Positions 1 to 13,077 are shown, numbered from the whole stretch's first letter. The stretch is 62,792 bases of DNA, filler included, from Collodictyon triciliatum (GCA_043381765.1; 20 parts of 20 records of this genome joined end to end with filler, not necessarily neighbours in it), one strand, 5' to 3'. Numbers and translations are program-made. The notes: generated from the letters alone by a model not told the origin.

Positions 1-135
1 TGTTTTTGTTTTTGTTTTTGTTTTTGTTTTTGTTTTTGTTTTTGTTTTTGTTTTTGTTTTTGTTTTTGTTTTTGTTTTTGTTTTTGTTTTTGTTTTTTTG
101 CTTATGGGCTGGTGATGGCGTTGTGCCCAATATAG

Positions 136-662
136 ATTGGTGGAAAGAAACCTTCTTTTGTTGATGGTGGATACATGAATCCATCATCTAACGACGCAAG
201 AGTTCGAGCCCTGATGAGAAATCCTGCAATCGTGTCGACAATTCGACCACCACCTCCACCTGCAAGTGCCACAGATAGCGTTCTGGCCAGATATGTCGTT
301 GCAGTTAAGGTATGCCCCTGTCGTTTTACTTTCGACAGAAAAGATATTTCCTTGCCTAAGAGGCAAATGAACAAATTTTCGATTTTTTCTTACCACGATT
401 AGTGATTTTCTTCCTGTCCTATTTCTGTTAATGATCAAGTAGTGCTGATATATTTCCTTAATTGATTATTAATATATTTAGGCTGCTGCAGACTCTGCTG
501 TGGATGCTACAAGAAGGAGAATGAATGGATCTGAAAATTATACACCTTCTCACATCAAAGAATTATCAAAGTATCTGCATTATTGAAATTATAATTTGTC
601 TGTGTGTCCGCTTTTCGCCAGCAAGGCTCTCTTTTTCATTTAGCCTAGGGACAATTAGTTTC

Positions 663-761
<99 letters not shown>

Positions 762-2965
762 GACATTATACTATCTACTTAATACGATAAATATTATATC
801 AATATACCTAAGTATAACTTAATCAAACTCAAGAAAAAGACATCGTGTGTTGAATATGAATGCAACTACATGGCCTTTGGATGTTTCATACGACAAAGAG
901 CAGCAACGTCTCTATGTCGCTTACTCTGGTGACATTTTTTTCTCATAAATCCCAATTTTTTCATATGCTCTCTTCGTGTGCCCATCCCCAATGATATATT
1001 GAATAATTTTACATATAGATAATCATATCTCGATCTTCGAGTTCGATAGGAAGAAAATGGCTGTATATATCGGTAGCTTCGTTTTGATGTCCGCCCCATC
1101 CAGAATGTTGATAGTCGACCCAACTGGATTTAATCCTAGATAGTAAGTTCACTTGAGGTTGTATAAATATTAAGTATCTCTGGCCTCTAAATCCGTCCAT
1201 TCGGTAAATGCAGCACTTTTGTCAAACCGGAACTTCTTCATTCCCTTCTTGTCGTCGGAGATGAGTCTGGGAAGTGCATATTTTTTGATATCCAAGATAA
1301 CATTTATTTAGGCTCAGTAAGTTTTCTAATTTATCGACAAAGAAAACAACACAATTGACCATTACAAGGGTGTTTTATTTTCATTATTCGATTCAATTAT
1401 GAGGGCAATTATAGATATCCAAGATTAATTAGGCCCTGTCCGTTTATATATGGAAATAAAAATAAGTCATTCAAGAATAAAGTACAGCTTGAATCGCCAC
1501 ACTGTAGATTGGCATTAAGCATCAACACAGAAAAGCATTAATAGTGCATCACATTAATATCCCTAGAAATTTATCCACTCGTCGCCAATTACCTGTATGT
1601 TGCATGTGAAAGGTATGTATTTGATCGTGGCTGCATCGGACTCATCAGTAATTCTACTTGACCCATGGAAGCAAGAGCCAATTGGTAAACTGTCAGGTCA
1701 TTCACGTGTAAGTAACTTTTAAGCCCATTTCTTTACTTTTCTCTTTTTTTTTCTTAAGAAAATTATTATCGATTGGAAGGGTCAATGGTATACATTTGTA
1801 ACAAGGTTTGTTAATCTTTGTGTCATAGCCTATCTCTTGTTTGGCTTACACCCCGGAGTCAAACTTAATTTGTGGTGGTGGAATCGATGGGAAAGTGTAA
1901 GACAGTAAATTTGTTTTTGTTTTTGTTTTTTGTTTTTGTTTTTTGTTTTTGTTTTTTGTTTTTGTTTTTTGTTTTTGTTTTTGTTTTTGTTTTTGTTTTT
2001 GTTTTTGTTTTTGTTTTTGTTTTTGTTTTTGTTTTTGTTTTTGTTTTTGTTTTATCTTAAGGCGCTACTGTATTCATTGAAAATTTTGATTTGAATATTT
2101 TGGAATATGATTTGTTAACTTAAGACTGACTGATACATAGTATTATATGGAATGCCTTTTCTCAATTCGTAACTGGGCGAATCCGCGCCCACGACCACCC
2201 AATAATCGGAATCGTTTATGATGCAAAACATAGGTTGCTCATCACAGCATCATCTTCAAAAGTATAGTCTCATTACATAGCATCTATACAATTCACTACG
2301 AAAGGCATGAGTACCCATAATTGCCATTTTCTAAACCTTTTTGTTAAGCAAATTAAACTTTGGAATGTTCACACCCTGAGTTGCTTGCAAACTTTATTGG
2401 ACCGTGCTGTTCATATCCCCAGAAACCGCCTCAATACTTTGAGCATAGATCTCGAGCGATCTTTAATTGTAATATTTCTCAGCTTTTTAGTTTTTGTTTC
2501 ACAAATAATTTGCTTCCTTCTCTTTCGGCAAGTATTTACTCCAATTCCATAGGTAACTGCAGGTAGCACATGTCATATATGGCCAATTAGTTTATGCCCT
2601 ACTATCTCGAAAGTAAATTAAATAGAATTTTGATACATCCTAATAATATCACTGACGATGCATACCTCGATGAAGTGACGATGTAAATATACTTTTGAAC
2701 TAGGTTAGTACCATCAGCATGATTCCTCATACATCGATTGTTGGAATACACTTCTCACCAACCCTAAAGCAGGTGAATTTAATTCTTTGATTTTTTTTAT
2801 TCTCAATGATCTTATTCCATACATAACTTATGCTAGTCTTATAGTATCATAAAATCACTGACTTATTAAAACCAAAAGGTGGTCAGTGTTGGCTGTGGTG
2901 GAAATGTGAGGGTATGGGAGGTGAAGAAATTCTCTCAAATATTTGAGTTCAATATACCCTATCAG
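136..2965 (+). CDS. Multi-exon WD40-repeat protein, internal fragment
   Basis: GT-AG spliced exons read ...SDSSVILLDPWKQEPIGKLSGHSR/PISCLAYTPESNLICGGGIDGKV/IIWNAFSQFVTGRIRAHDHPIIGIVYD...ASSSK/QIKLWNVHTLSCLQTL, the GH...W(D/N) repeat pattern. Confidence 0.8.
663..760. repeat. (TTA)n microsatellite, representative of more than 25 long simple repeats in introns and at contig ends
   Basis: Other examples: (TTTTTG)n 1-98, (ATAAT)n 6235-6330, (TATG)n 6431-6520, (TTTG)n 33047-33143, (CTCA)n 35152-35248, (AAAAACCC)n 31916-32003. Confidence 0.95.
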
Positions 2966-3116
2966 GTTCTTTTTCTTCTTTTTCTTCTTTTTCTTCTTTT
3001 TCTTCTTTTTCTTCTTTTTCTTCTTTTTCTTCTTTTCTTCTTTTCTTCTTTTCTTCTTTTCTTCTTTTCTTCTTTTCTTCTTTTCTTCTTTTTCTTCTTT
3101 TCTTCTTTTCTTCTTT

Positions 3117-3216
3117 NNNNNNNNNNNNNNNNNNNNNNNNNNNNNNNNNNNNNNNNNNNNTTAATTAATTAANNNNNNNNNNNNNNNNNNNNNNNNNNNN
3201 NNNNNNNNNNNNNNNN
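3117..3216. other. Artificial contig spacer (N44-TTAATTAATTAA-N44); recurs about every 3.2 kb, 19 times in the window
   Basis: An identical 100-nt spacer with stops in all six frames separates contigs of near-equal length (~3.1 kb). Neighbouring contigs are not biologically linked. Confidence 0.99.
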
Positions 3217-3457
3217 AAAAAAAAAAAAAAAAAAAAAAAAAAAAGCCCCAAAAAGAAAAAAAAAAACCTTTAAATTTTTTTCAAGGCGCCGGCCCCCCCC
3301 CCCCCCCCCCCCCCCGCGATTTTGCTGGCCTTTCCTTTCACTTACAAACCTCTTTTTGCTAAATGTATTTACAAGCACACAACTCGATTGCTTCTTTAGA
3401 AATAACTTTTGCATAACAATAACACGGTAATCGATGATAGGGCCTGCAAAACAAAAC

Positions 3458-5570
3458 ATGGCCGAGTCACTCAGTCCTGAAGAGAGCAATCTTTTTGAAT
3501 TCTTTAAGGCATTACTCAACCTTATCGGTAAAGAACTATAATTGATTTATTTCCAATAAAACGAGGTTGACGCAAGCGTATCACACTTGAGAACGTTCTC
3601 TTCTTATCATGGAGATATTATATTCAGATTTTAGATTTTTTTTCTGACTGATCTTAAGCTTCATTTTTTTTTTTGTCTTACAACCATTTAAAGCTTTTTT
3701 TTTTTTTTTTACCCAATTATATACTTGACAAAACTTAAATGCTCTATTCATGATTCATATCCTCAGTATCTCTATCCTCATTTTTTCCTACCTAAATATT
3801 AGCGTGTGCTTGTGTATTGGTTATTTGTGTTCAATACTGACTTTTTTTTTTGCGTAGGGTAATATATTAATGAAACATTCGATTTTTCATTTATTCAATT
3901 CAGTGATTCCATTTTCCAATTCTTTTTTTTTTAATAGAGATATCTCGGATTCAAAACCCATACAAGACTAAGTTAGATATTTCATATTCGAGAGATGGAA
4001 AACAAGCAATTGTACTTTCGGATAATACACCTGGCTACTCCGAAGCAGAGATCACATCCATAAATTCGCTTCATGATATTGTGAGTATTTACTACGACAA
4101 GCAAGTTTATTGTAATCATTTCATTTCATTCAGTCAATCCCTTCACCCTGAAATTGTTTATTATTATCATCATGCACGCAATCAACACAAGTAGTGATGA
4201 ATTTTAACTGTTTCGATTAATAGAAAACACCTTGGAAAACAGAGTTTTCTGGTAAAGCAATTCATTCTTTCGTGTGAAAATTGATTGTGAAATCAGATTA
4301 TACAAAGATAGAATAATTAAATTCGATATGCCTCTCATTTTGAATGGAATAAAGGGAATAAAAAAAAAAACTCCAATATATATTGCATTGAGAATAAAAG
4401 TGATGTGTGTCCTTAACGCCCAGAATTTCGGCGCTTCGGGGGTGTCGTTGGTGAGGATGCTGTGATATTTTCAAAGAATTTAAACTTTGCGGTTACTTTG
4501 TACATACATTTAAGCACTCTGATGAGTCAATCAAAAACAACAAAAAAATTTATCTTGCTGGCATGGGATTTGAAGAGAAAAGGTATTTTATACTAAAACT
4601 ACCATTATAATATGAATATAAATTTGATATGTTGCTTTCTTCCCCTCATTCATTTCATCTAAGATATTTAATTATGACGATTATATATTTTTAAAATAAA
4701 CTAGTCTGTAATTTGATAAGCATACACTTTTCAACTTGACACCTTTGAAACACTTCTATTTTTTTTTTAAAAATATAATGCATGCACAGCCTTACATCCT
4801 TCAATTGTTGGATCTACCGATTCAATTCGTTGGGTCACCGGAATTTCTCCGTTTAACTCTGAACACAAGTAAATATATGCGCGTATGAATTAAAATACCA
4901 TCGTCCTTGCTCCAAATATTGATGAATCAATACGAATATTCAGAATGTTACAAGTATTCGATGAAATCAAAGGCGGCGGTACAAAAACTTTTATTTTCAA
5001 TCTGAAGTCCCCTACGCCAGGAAAAGACATTGAAAGTCTGATATCACCCAGCCAAAGTCCCAAAACCAGTTCTGTACGTTCTGAAACTATCCCAGAGTAT
5101 TATTGTCCTGCACAAAAGTTGAAAGGAAGAATAAAAAAAAAATTCCAGAGTATTATTTGCCAATTTTTATGACTAAATTCATGATTTCCTTTACTCCATT
5201 ACGCTTGTTTGACCTATGCAACTTTTCAACCAAAGTCCCTAAAAGCAATCATATCTTGTTTTTGTTATAGTCGCCCTTGGTAAAAGCTGACATGCAAACG
5301 AATGATTGTGCCACCAAGCATGTTCTGCACAGTTTATCCTCATTCAAGGTTAATCCACACAATAGAGTAAAACTACGTGTAAATTTTCTGAAGTTTATGT
5401 GGCAAATATATCATAGACACTGACTTCAGATATTTTTTCTTTAGAATTTCAGTGAAATTATGTATCTAAAGCCTGTTGTTCAGCTAAGTGTTCAAAAAGA
5501 GCGAATTCATCCCAGACTTTTGCCATATTCTCTATGTGAAACTGAGATACATAGAAGCAGACAGAAGCAG
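3458..5570 (+). CDS. MORC-family GHKL-fold protein, N-terminal part, with degenerate ATPase motifs
   Basis: Exons 3458-3527, 3938-4080, 4224-4251, 4424-4582, 4790-4868, 4944-5073, 5271-5348 and 5445-5570 splice in frame. Peptides GEDAVIFSKN, SPFNSEHKMLQVFDEIKGGGTKTFIFNLK and SFKNFSEIMYLKP match recalled MORC blocks GKDAIVFTKN, SLFSTEQKLL..GTRIIIWNL and SLRAYCSILYLKP, in order. Confidence 0.8.
5105..5142 (+). mobile_element. Severely 5'-truncated SINE/LINE tail insertion in a MORC intron
   Basis: GTCCTGCACAAAAGTTGAAAGGAAGAAT(A)n matches the 3' end of the element at 56292-56821. It is flanked by the direct repeat CCAGAGTATTATT (5092-5104 and 5145-5157). Confidence 0.88.
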
Positions 5571-6529
5571 GTATTCTTGTCGATATTAATCTTTCTCTTT
5601 TATTACCAAGGCTATCTTATGTATTTATATGATAATCTAACATATTTATGTAGTTACTTAACGGCCAAGTTAATATTGGTATCGATCCAAAGAAATCAGT
5701 GTCTGGTATATTCCTATATCGGAATAATAAATTATCGCAAATGTACAATATACAAAATGTGGCGCGTGAAAAAACAAAAAATGTAAGATGAGAATATAAA
5801 TAAGGCATAAAATATATTTACGATTTTTTTATTGCATAAAAAATTACTCTTCAACAATTTTAATCCATACCCAATCCTCTTATATTAAATGAAGACGAAT
5901 ATGGTCGTTACCATAGCCATGGAAAGTGATATTGCTGCTGGAGATATTGACGGTACGTATTCGTAAAATTTTCTTCATCCCCATTCTTTTGAATGCCATT
6001 TTAAGAATATCTGCGGGTAGGTAAAGATTTTCCCTTAGATGTAATCGAGGAAATAATCGCATCTTGGTTAATAGATAATCAGTAAGATAAATTTTGCGTC
6101 AATTATGTGGCCCAAATGCATATATTTATTAAAATGTCCTATAATTTAATATAAAGTGGTCACCGTGCTCAGATATTGGAATTCACAAATACAAGGTTTT
6201 TGATACATCAATTTATTTAAAATGCTTACAAAAATATAATATAATATAATATAATATAATATAATATAATATAATATAATATAATATAATATAATATAAT
6301 ATAATATAATATAATATAATATAATATAATNNNNNNNNNNNNNNNNNNNNNNNNNNNNNNNNNNNNNNNNNNNNTTAATTAATTAANNNNNNNNNNNNNN
6401 NNNNNNNNNNNNNNNNNNNNNNNNNNNNNNTATGTATGTATGTATGTATGTATGTATGTATGTATGTATGTATGTATGTATGTATGTATGTATGTATGTA
6501 TGTATGTATGTATGTATGTATGTGTGCGT

Positions 6530-6811
6530 AACAAGAGACGAATGTGTGGCATGGGATTCGGTGAATCGCCCCAATCGAACAAAGTCTAGATAATTGCGGT
6601 GCATTACATCCAGATTAAGCAGAATATTGTAGCAAACTTTCGGTCTAGTTTTCGTTGTGAGATTGCGCCCTTTTGTGGAGTCGATCGAAATAAAACCTGA
6701 AGTCCGCTGCATCCTGTGACAAGGCCTGTGTTGGGCGAGACAGCTCCAAAGCGGACTGCTGACTAAGCAAGCCTTCGATGAGACTCTCAAGAAGACTTTC
6801 CTAAAGACCAT
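6530..6811 (-). CDS. Probable first exon of an unknown, possibly mitochondrion-targeted protein
   Basis: MVFRKVFLRVSSKACLVSS... is rich in R/K/S/L and lacks acidic residues. It runs into a (TACA)n microsatellite and is divergent from the gene at 7121. Confidence 0.35.
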
Positions 6812-7120
6812 ATCATCTCAGAATTACCATAACAAAAAAAAATACTGGGAGTTTTTGCATGATGCCCGCACACCGAATGAAGAACCTATTTCACTCGCCA
6901 AACAAATGATTGCTTTGGCTGGCCTTTCACCTCTTTTTATTTTATTTTATTTTATATATCTCTTGCTCTTTTTCTTCTATGCCTGGTGCATAGTAATTAG
7001 TGGAACTGAAGCCAATTCGTCTATCAATAGAAGGAGCGTTTCGACAATCTCAAAACCAAAAAAAAAAAAGAGAAAACAATCTTTCGCGGACAAACTCGAA
7101 ATATCTCGTAAAATATCACC

Positions 7121-9543
7121 ATGACTGAAACCCCGAAAGAACTACCTTCCAGCCGTGTAAAGGGAGCCCTTGATGAAAAGGAGTAAGCTCATGTTTCTGA
7201 TAATCATTATTTAAATATATCCATAATGTATGTATTGTTTTGTAATTATTATTATTATTATTACTTTTGCTGTTGTTATTAATTATACAAATTTATAAAT
7301 TTTTTAACACATAACTGAGAGACCATTTGCCCTTGAGAGCTGCCTATTTTTATATTTTTTTAAACTGATAAATGGAATTTATTTATTTGTTTATATCCAT
7401 AATTTATTTTTATTTTTTATAGGAAAAAGCGCACATACAGTTTTCAGGAAATCTTAAGTATTAAGGACAAAGTAAGAGGCCAGCCACCACCAGCAAACTC
7501 TCACCTCGATCAAATCAAGTAACTTCACTAGTCATATTATATATACCATGATGAAATCCACGGGAATACATTTTAAAATGTTTCGAATACCAAATTAATT
7601 ATGGGATTATTCACCCTGATTGCGAATGAAGCAATAATATAATTTTCATTTCTTATCGTGCATTTTTCTTTTTCTAGCTTCTTCAAACCAATTGACCGAG
7701 AATCATACCAGGAAACATCTACTCAACAAACAAGGATCTCCAAATATTTGCCCATTCGAAAGAAAATGTAAAACGCACTAGTATAGTGACACATGTCATA
7801 CGCACAATTACTATCTTTCTATAAGAAGCGATATCATTATACTAATATATTCATGCACGATTTTTTTTTTATCAACGCATGCAAAAACACAGCGATGAAT
7901 ATCCTGGTCAGTTGAATTACCTAAATTTGTCTCGAGCAAATCATTATGTTGCTATGTTTACAATCATTTACTAAAGTAGCCGTAATCACATTTTACCTTC
8001 ATCCTCTAAAGTTAATACCAATTTGTAGATTATTCGAAAATAGATCGAGGAGCAAAGCCATTCAATCAACGGCAAACATACAGTCAAATACAGGCAAGTC
8101 AATATTTCAGATCAAATTGCATTTTTCCTTACTGACTCATGGTCCAAGTGTGATTGCAAATTGCCATATTTATAATTTATGATGAATGTCACATCCAAAC
8201 AATTCCTAAAGTAATTTTTTTATTTTGGTTCAGAGCCATCAGCCAAGGAAAAAAATTGTAGAGGATTCGTTAGAAGATTCACTTTGTGAGTAAATGATGA
8301 GTCGATTACATTACGATTTCATAAGTTGAATTGTTTTACAAAACATCTTACATACTTTCATTTTGAAATATATCTAGGGGACGAACCCGAAGAAGGGGGC
8401 GACACAAATCCATTTTCACTCCAAGAAATGTCCCAACGGACATCGGAGTTGATGAGGATTAATGAAAGTAATCATAATAAAAAACAATCCAGTGTTTCTA
8501 CTAGTTTAGTAGTACAGGAGAAAAAAGGTTTTTATTTATACATTAATTAAAAAATTAAAGCCTATGAAATAAATCAAATTCTTGCATGTGCTTTTTCTAA
8601 CTGTAGCATTATACATATTAACATTTGTACTGAATTGTGAAAATTAAATTATAATATAATCACAAAAGAACCTACACTTCTTGCATCAGAGAAGATTGAG
8701 CCTGTTGAAGCTCCGCTAGCTAATGTAGAGGGGGATGAAGATGTAAGATTTTGATTTTTACTTTATGACTCTAATGGATACGTAATTACGCAACGTTATA
8801 TTTCGTAATATCTTTCCCACTCAATTGTAATTACCCTCCTTTTATCCCTGTCAAACTAATTATTCATTTTAAGGACATCAGCGGAAGTAGGTTACTTCAA
8901 TCAATAAGTGAGTTACTGTAACTAACTCGATTTTCTATACGATGCCACCACGTTTGATCAACATTTCCTTTCTGCCATATGCTTTTGCTTCACTCACCCT
9001 CTTTTTTCTTTTTTCTTTTTTTTTTAAAAAAAAAACCACTCAGAGCAACAGTCACTCGCTAACAGTGGAATGGTGGCTGAAAAAGGTCGTCTTGCTGGGT
9101 ATATACACACTGTCTTTTTTTATTTTATACACACAAGTGACCATCCCATATCCACGAATATTTTCTTTATTTATGGTTGAACCTACAGATGGATATGTAT
9201 GTTCTCAGATTTTCTCTCTCCTTCATCCTTTGAAAATTTGAAACAAACGATTACATCTCAATTGTAATCAGTCTTCGAAAAAAAAACCTTGTATTATTCG
9301 TTTTTATGCTTAGCTCCCACGACCTACCTGGAAAGACATCAACTACTCCTTCAGTTTATCTTGACCAATCGACTCTTTTTCCTCCTGCCGACCAACACCA
9401 AGCATTTGGATCTTTTCTGTTTGGGTCCTCATTCAGTCAAGCCGACACGAATGGAGCTAGTTGGTCTTCACAACAGCAAAACACACACCACACCCACGTA
9501 TCTTACACAGGACACTCCAATAGTATAGCTAATGGCCACCACG
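7121..9543 (+). CDS. Multi-exon low-complexity protein with an N-terminal eIF4E-binding-like motif (4E-T/GIGYF-like), partial
   Basis: MTETPKELPSSRVKGALDEKE/KKRTYSFQEILSIKDK, followed by several short GT-AG exons rich in S/P/Q/E. Confidence 0.5.
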
Positions 9544-9643
9544 NNNNNNNNNNNNNNNNNNNNNNNNNNNNNNNNNNNNNNNNNNNNTTAATTAATTAAN
9601 NNNNNNNNNNNNNNNNNNNNNNNNNNNNNNNNNNNNNNNNNNN

Positions 9644-10800
9644 CACCAAGCAGACAAGCAGATAACGAGGTCAAGGAAGCCAAGGCCAGGCAACAACAGA
9701 GCCCGCAAGACTCACAGCAGATACGCGCATACAGCGACAGCGACGATGACACGGAGGGAAATCTCGGTTCCTCTTCAGAATCCTCGCACTCGAGCCCTCC
9801 ACTGCCAACACTGGACAAGACCGCATAACTGCTATCATGTCACTTTGGACACTATCAAAAATCGCGTTGGAATTCGCCACTCTTATAGAATGGTTTGTAT
9901 GTGTGAAGGAAATCACCTTTTTTTAAATAATATTTGACCTTTTCTCTGTTGATGTCCAAGAAAAACCAGTGTGAAATTTATCAGGACTATACATTTTTTC
10001 TCTTCAATTCAAACAACTTGACTGGTGGGTTTAGATAATTTTTTTTACTTTTCAAGTAGTTTGATAAAAAAATACCTTTAATTATGTAGGTGTAAGAGCA
10101 ACCTATGCGCTGGTGTCATGGAACCGTCAGAATGTGAAGTTTTCGATGTCAAAAAGCGGCTGTTAAATTTTCTGTACAGGACATTGGAGGCAAACCACTT
10201 ATGTTGGCTGCAGCACCCGTTACATTTCGACAACATACACCTATTTGCAAGTTGGTAATATCAATCTAAAAATATGAATACTCAATCCGTGTGATACCTA
10301 TTTCCTTCATATATTTTGTGCTTGTTTCAAAAAGTTTCCAAATCGAAATGAAGCAATAACAGAAATGCTAAAAAAAAGGGAATATTTGGGAGCATTCTAG
10401 GGTTCTATCGATGTTTCGATTCTTGAAGGAAAAGCATGGACATCAAGTAAGAAAGCAGGGCTCTATTAACATGAAAAGCTCATGATGAAAGTATGCAAAA
10501 TATGTCAATACTATAGCCATTTAGTACGGGGCATGTACATTCGAGTCAAATGAGAGGATTTTAATACATAAATGAATGTATGCATATTAGGGCTTACGAT
10601 ACAACGCCAAGGACTCAAGTTCAACATCGTTCACGAATCAAAGCAAACTTCCCCACGGTCCTGCACAAAATTGAAAGGAAGAAGAATAAAAAAAAGGTTT
10701 CTGCATATTCACAGTCTCTAATATTTATAATCATGCACAGAACTGTTGTATGAAGAGACATCCTGCCGTGTGAGAACTGGTTCATCATTCGCTTTGGTAT
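9644..10800 (+). pseudogene. Degenerate coding fragments, possibly the cysteine cluster (CxC4-like) of a KDZ-type transposase
   Basis: Pieces HNCYHVTLDTIK..., CKSNLCAGVMEPSECEVFDV and ELLYEETSCRVRTGSSF follow AG acceptors. The frames do not join cleanly. Confidence 0.25.
10634..10695 (+). mobile_element. Diverged 5'-truncated copy of the same SINE/LINE 3' tail
   Basis: CGAATCAAAGCAAACTTCCCCACGGTCCTGCACAAAATTGAAAGGAAGAAGAAT(A)8 aligns with 56761-56821. A TSD TGCATATT is possible (10581, 10702). Confidence 0.82.
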
Positions 10801-12863
10801 GTCGAAAATTCACTAGTTCACTTTTTGACCTTTCATACCAAAAAATACCATGTTTATTTCTTGTTATCATTATGCAGCGCTTATTTTTTTTGGAGAGGTT
10901 ACTGAAATCGATGCCTTTTATTTTATTGAGACCACCTTTTTTTTAAAATGATGCTAATTCAATTAGAGCTGCTTGTATTCTGCTGTGCCATTTTGATGAA
11001 AAAAACGACATGATTGAATTGTTTTGATAAGCCTACACAAGTAAGTAAATTCAAGTATTTTTGATAACGAAGCGATAATTTCAGAATTTATATTTTAGAA
11101 TATTGTTAATTCAATTTTGAACATTTACTATTTTTACATGGAGGCGAATAGACAATATGGTTATGTAATCATATATAAGTCGATATTGTTAACGTAAGGT
11201 CTGATAATTATTATTTCAACGCAGCAACCTTTTTCATTTATCATTTCGATATATTATTTTTGCATTTTTATTTATATAGGAATGACTAAATTCATGCCTC
11301 TTGACGGACTGCTGCCGAAGTAAACGAAAGTGATAGAGGTTTTTTTATTCTAGATATGTATATTTTTTTACTTCACACATGGAAGTCGATTCATACAGGG
11401 ACGATATGAATTTAGTCGGCTTTAATGATTACTTCAGTTTATTCTTATCCAATTTCAATAACTTTAAATGACTATAGCCACTGCGCAACTAAATTACTTG
11501 CATTCTGAATAATGTAATATTGATATAAAATGGTGTATTCATGATTATGCCTTCATTAATGAGAAAACTTAATATTTGTTTATACCACGCAGGAACCAGT
11601 TAGAGGCCTTTGAATACCCAATTTAGCCGAAAGTAGATGAATTTGTTTGCTTATCATTTGCTTATCTCACGGTCTATTACGTTACCTGAAATGAAAGATT
11701 ATATTAAACAAATGCTTTTATTTTACCTCATTATCTTATACGTGATTAAAATAAAATATTTATAAATTTATGTCAGTTTCATGCCCCATCGCTAATCTGA
11801 GTAATATTAAATAGCTCAATACAGCACATTTTTTTATCATTTTTTAAAATTGATTCAATCGAAAATTTGTTAAGCAAAAATAGGTGTTTATATATCAGTA
11901 TCATAAGAATCTCGATATTTATCTTTAAATTTATTTTAGAATTCCGATGCATTTGTTAAATGATGAATCAGAATTAACATATGAATGAGCAATTTTAGTC
12001 ATACTTGGGTTTATAAGAACAAACCAGCTGATTAGAGAAAAAAGATTTTATATGAAAGTTTCAGTTACCAACCAACGATGATATATGATTTTTTGAGGAG
12101 TTATCTATTCCAATAGTATTAATTATAGCATATTTTGAATTATTTCCAGCGTAAAAAATGACATAGAAATCATCTTTTGTACCTGATTTTCGCTAATTTT
12201 TCACCCGCTTTGAATCCTGTGTAGTTCATCGTAAAAGGACACGAGACAAAACAACCAAGGGAATGAAACTGTTCGGTCTGCTGCTACTACCGAGGAGAGA
12301 GGGGTGGTTGGATGACGGCACCAAGTTTTTCCGGTGTTATAAGGGAATGGTCTAAAGAACGATTTGTGGGGTGTGGAATGGGTTGTTGTGTGAGAAAAAG
12401 CAAGTCTCAATATTGTCCATGAATTTCATAAAAATAATAATAAAAAAGCATTTCAATATATATTTGATGTGTTAAATAGAACGCGACGGAACAGGTATGC
12501 AATCACAAAATCATATTCTATAGATTTTTATAAATTACTATTTTCATGTAGATTTATACGATTTGTATTTTATTCAAAGAAATCAATATTTCAATTATTC
12601 AAAAAAAAGCAGTTGTGTTTCTTCAGTGCAATTATATTTTGCTTTTCATAACCAATCAAAACATGTTACACCAGCGATGCCCATGCCTGCAAATTTCAGA
12701 ACTTGTCTTTTCTAATCTATTAAAAATACTATGTGAAAGATGAATTTTAATTTTGNNNNNNNNNNNNNNNNNNNNNNNNNNNNNNNNNNNNNNNNNNNNT
12801 TAATTAATTAANNNNNNNNNNNNNNNNNNNNNNNNNNNNNNNNNNNNNNNNNNNNTTTTTGCT

Positions 12864-12919
<56 letters not shown>

Positions 12920-13077
12920 TACTTTGTTTTAAATTGCACTTTTGCTGTAATTATTTTGTTTGTATACCCCTCCATGTCGGTGATTCATCTTGTGTTAGAA
13001 ATATATATTTGTTTGTAAGATGCCACACAGAATGAGCATGTTATATTGGGTGAGCGGATAACAATATTGCATCATAG

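Noticed and set aside
525-782. Homopolymeric ORFs (poly-L/N/Y/F, FVCL, HTYI and similar) in the ORF track
   Set aside because: These are translations of microsatellites or N gaps, not genes.
800-1330. Coding-like minus-strand sequence inside the large intron of the WD40 gene
   Set aside because: It has stops in all frames and no recognisable family, so it cannot be called.
3117-3216. Regularly spaced TTAATTAATTAA palindrome resembling an array or excision motif
   Set aside because: It is always embedded in fixed N runs, so it is a concatenation linker. Cross-contig gene neighbourhoods are therefore meaningless.
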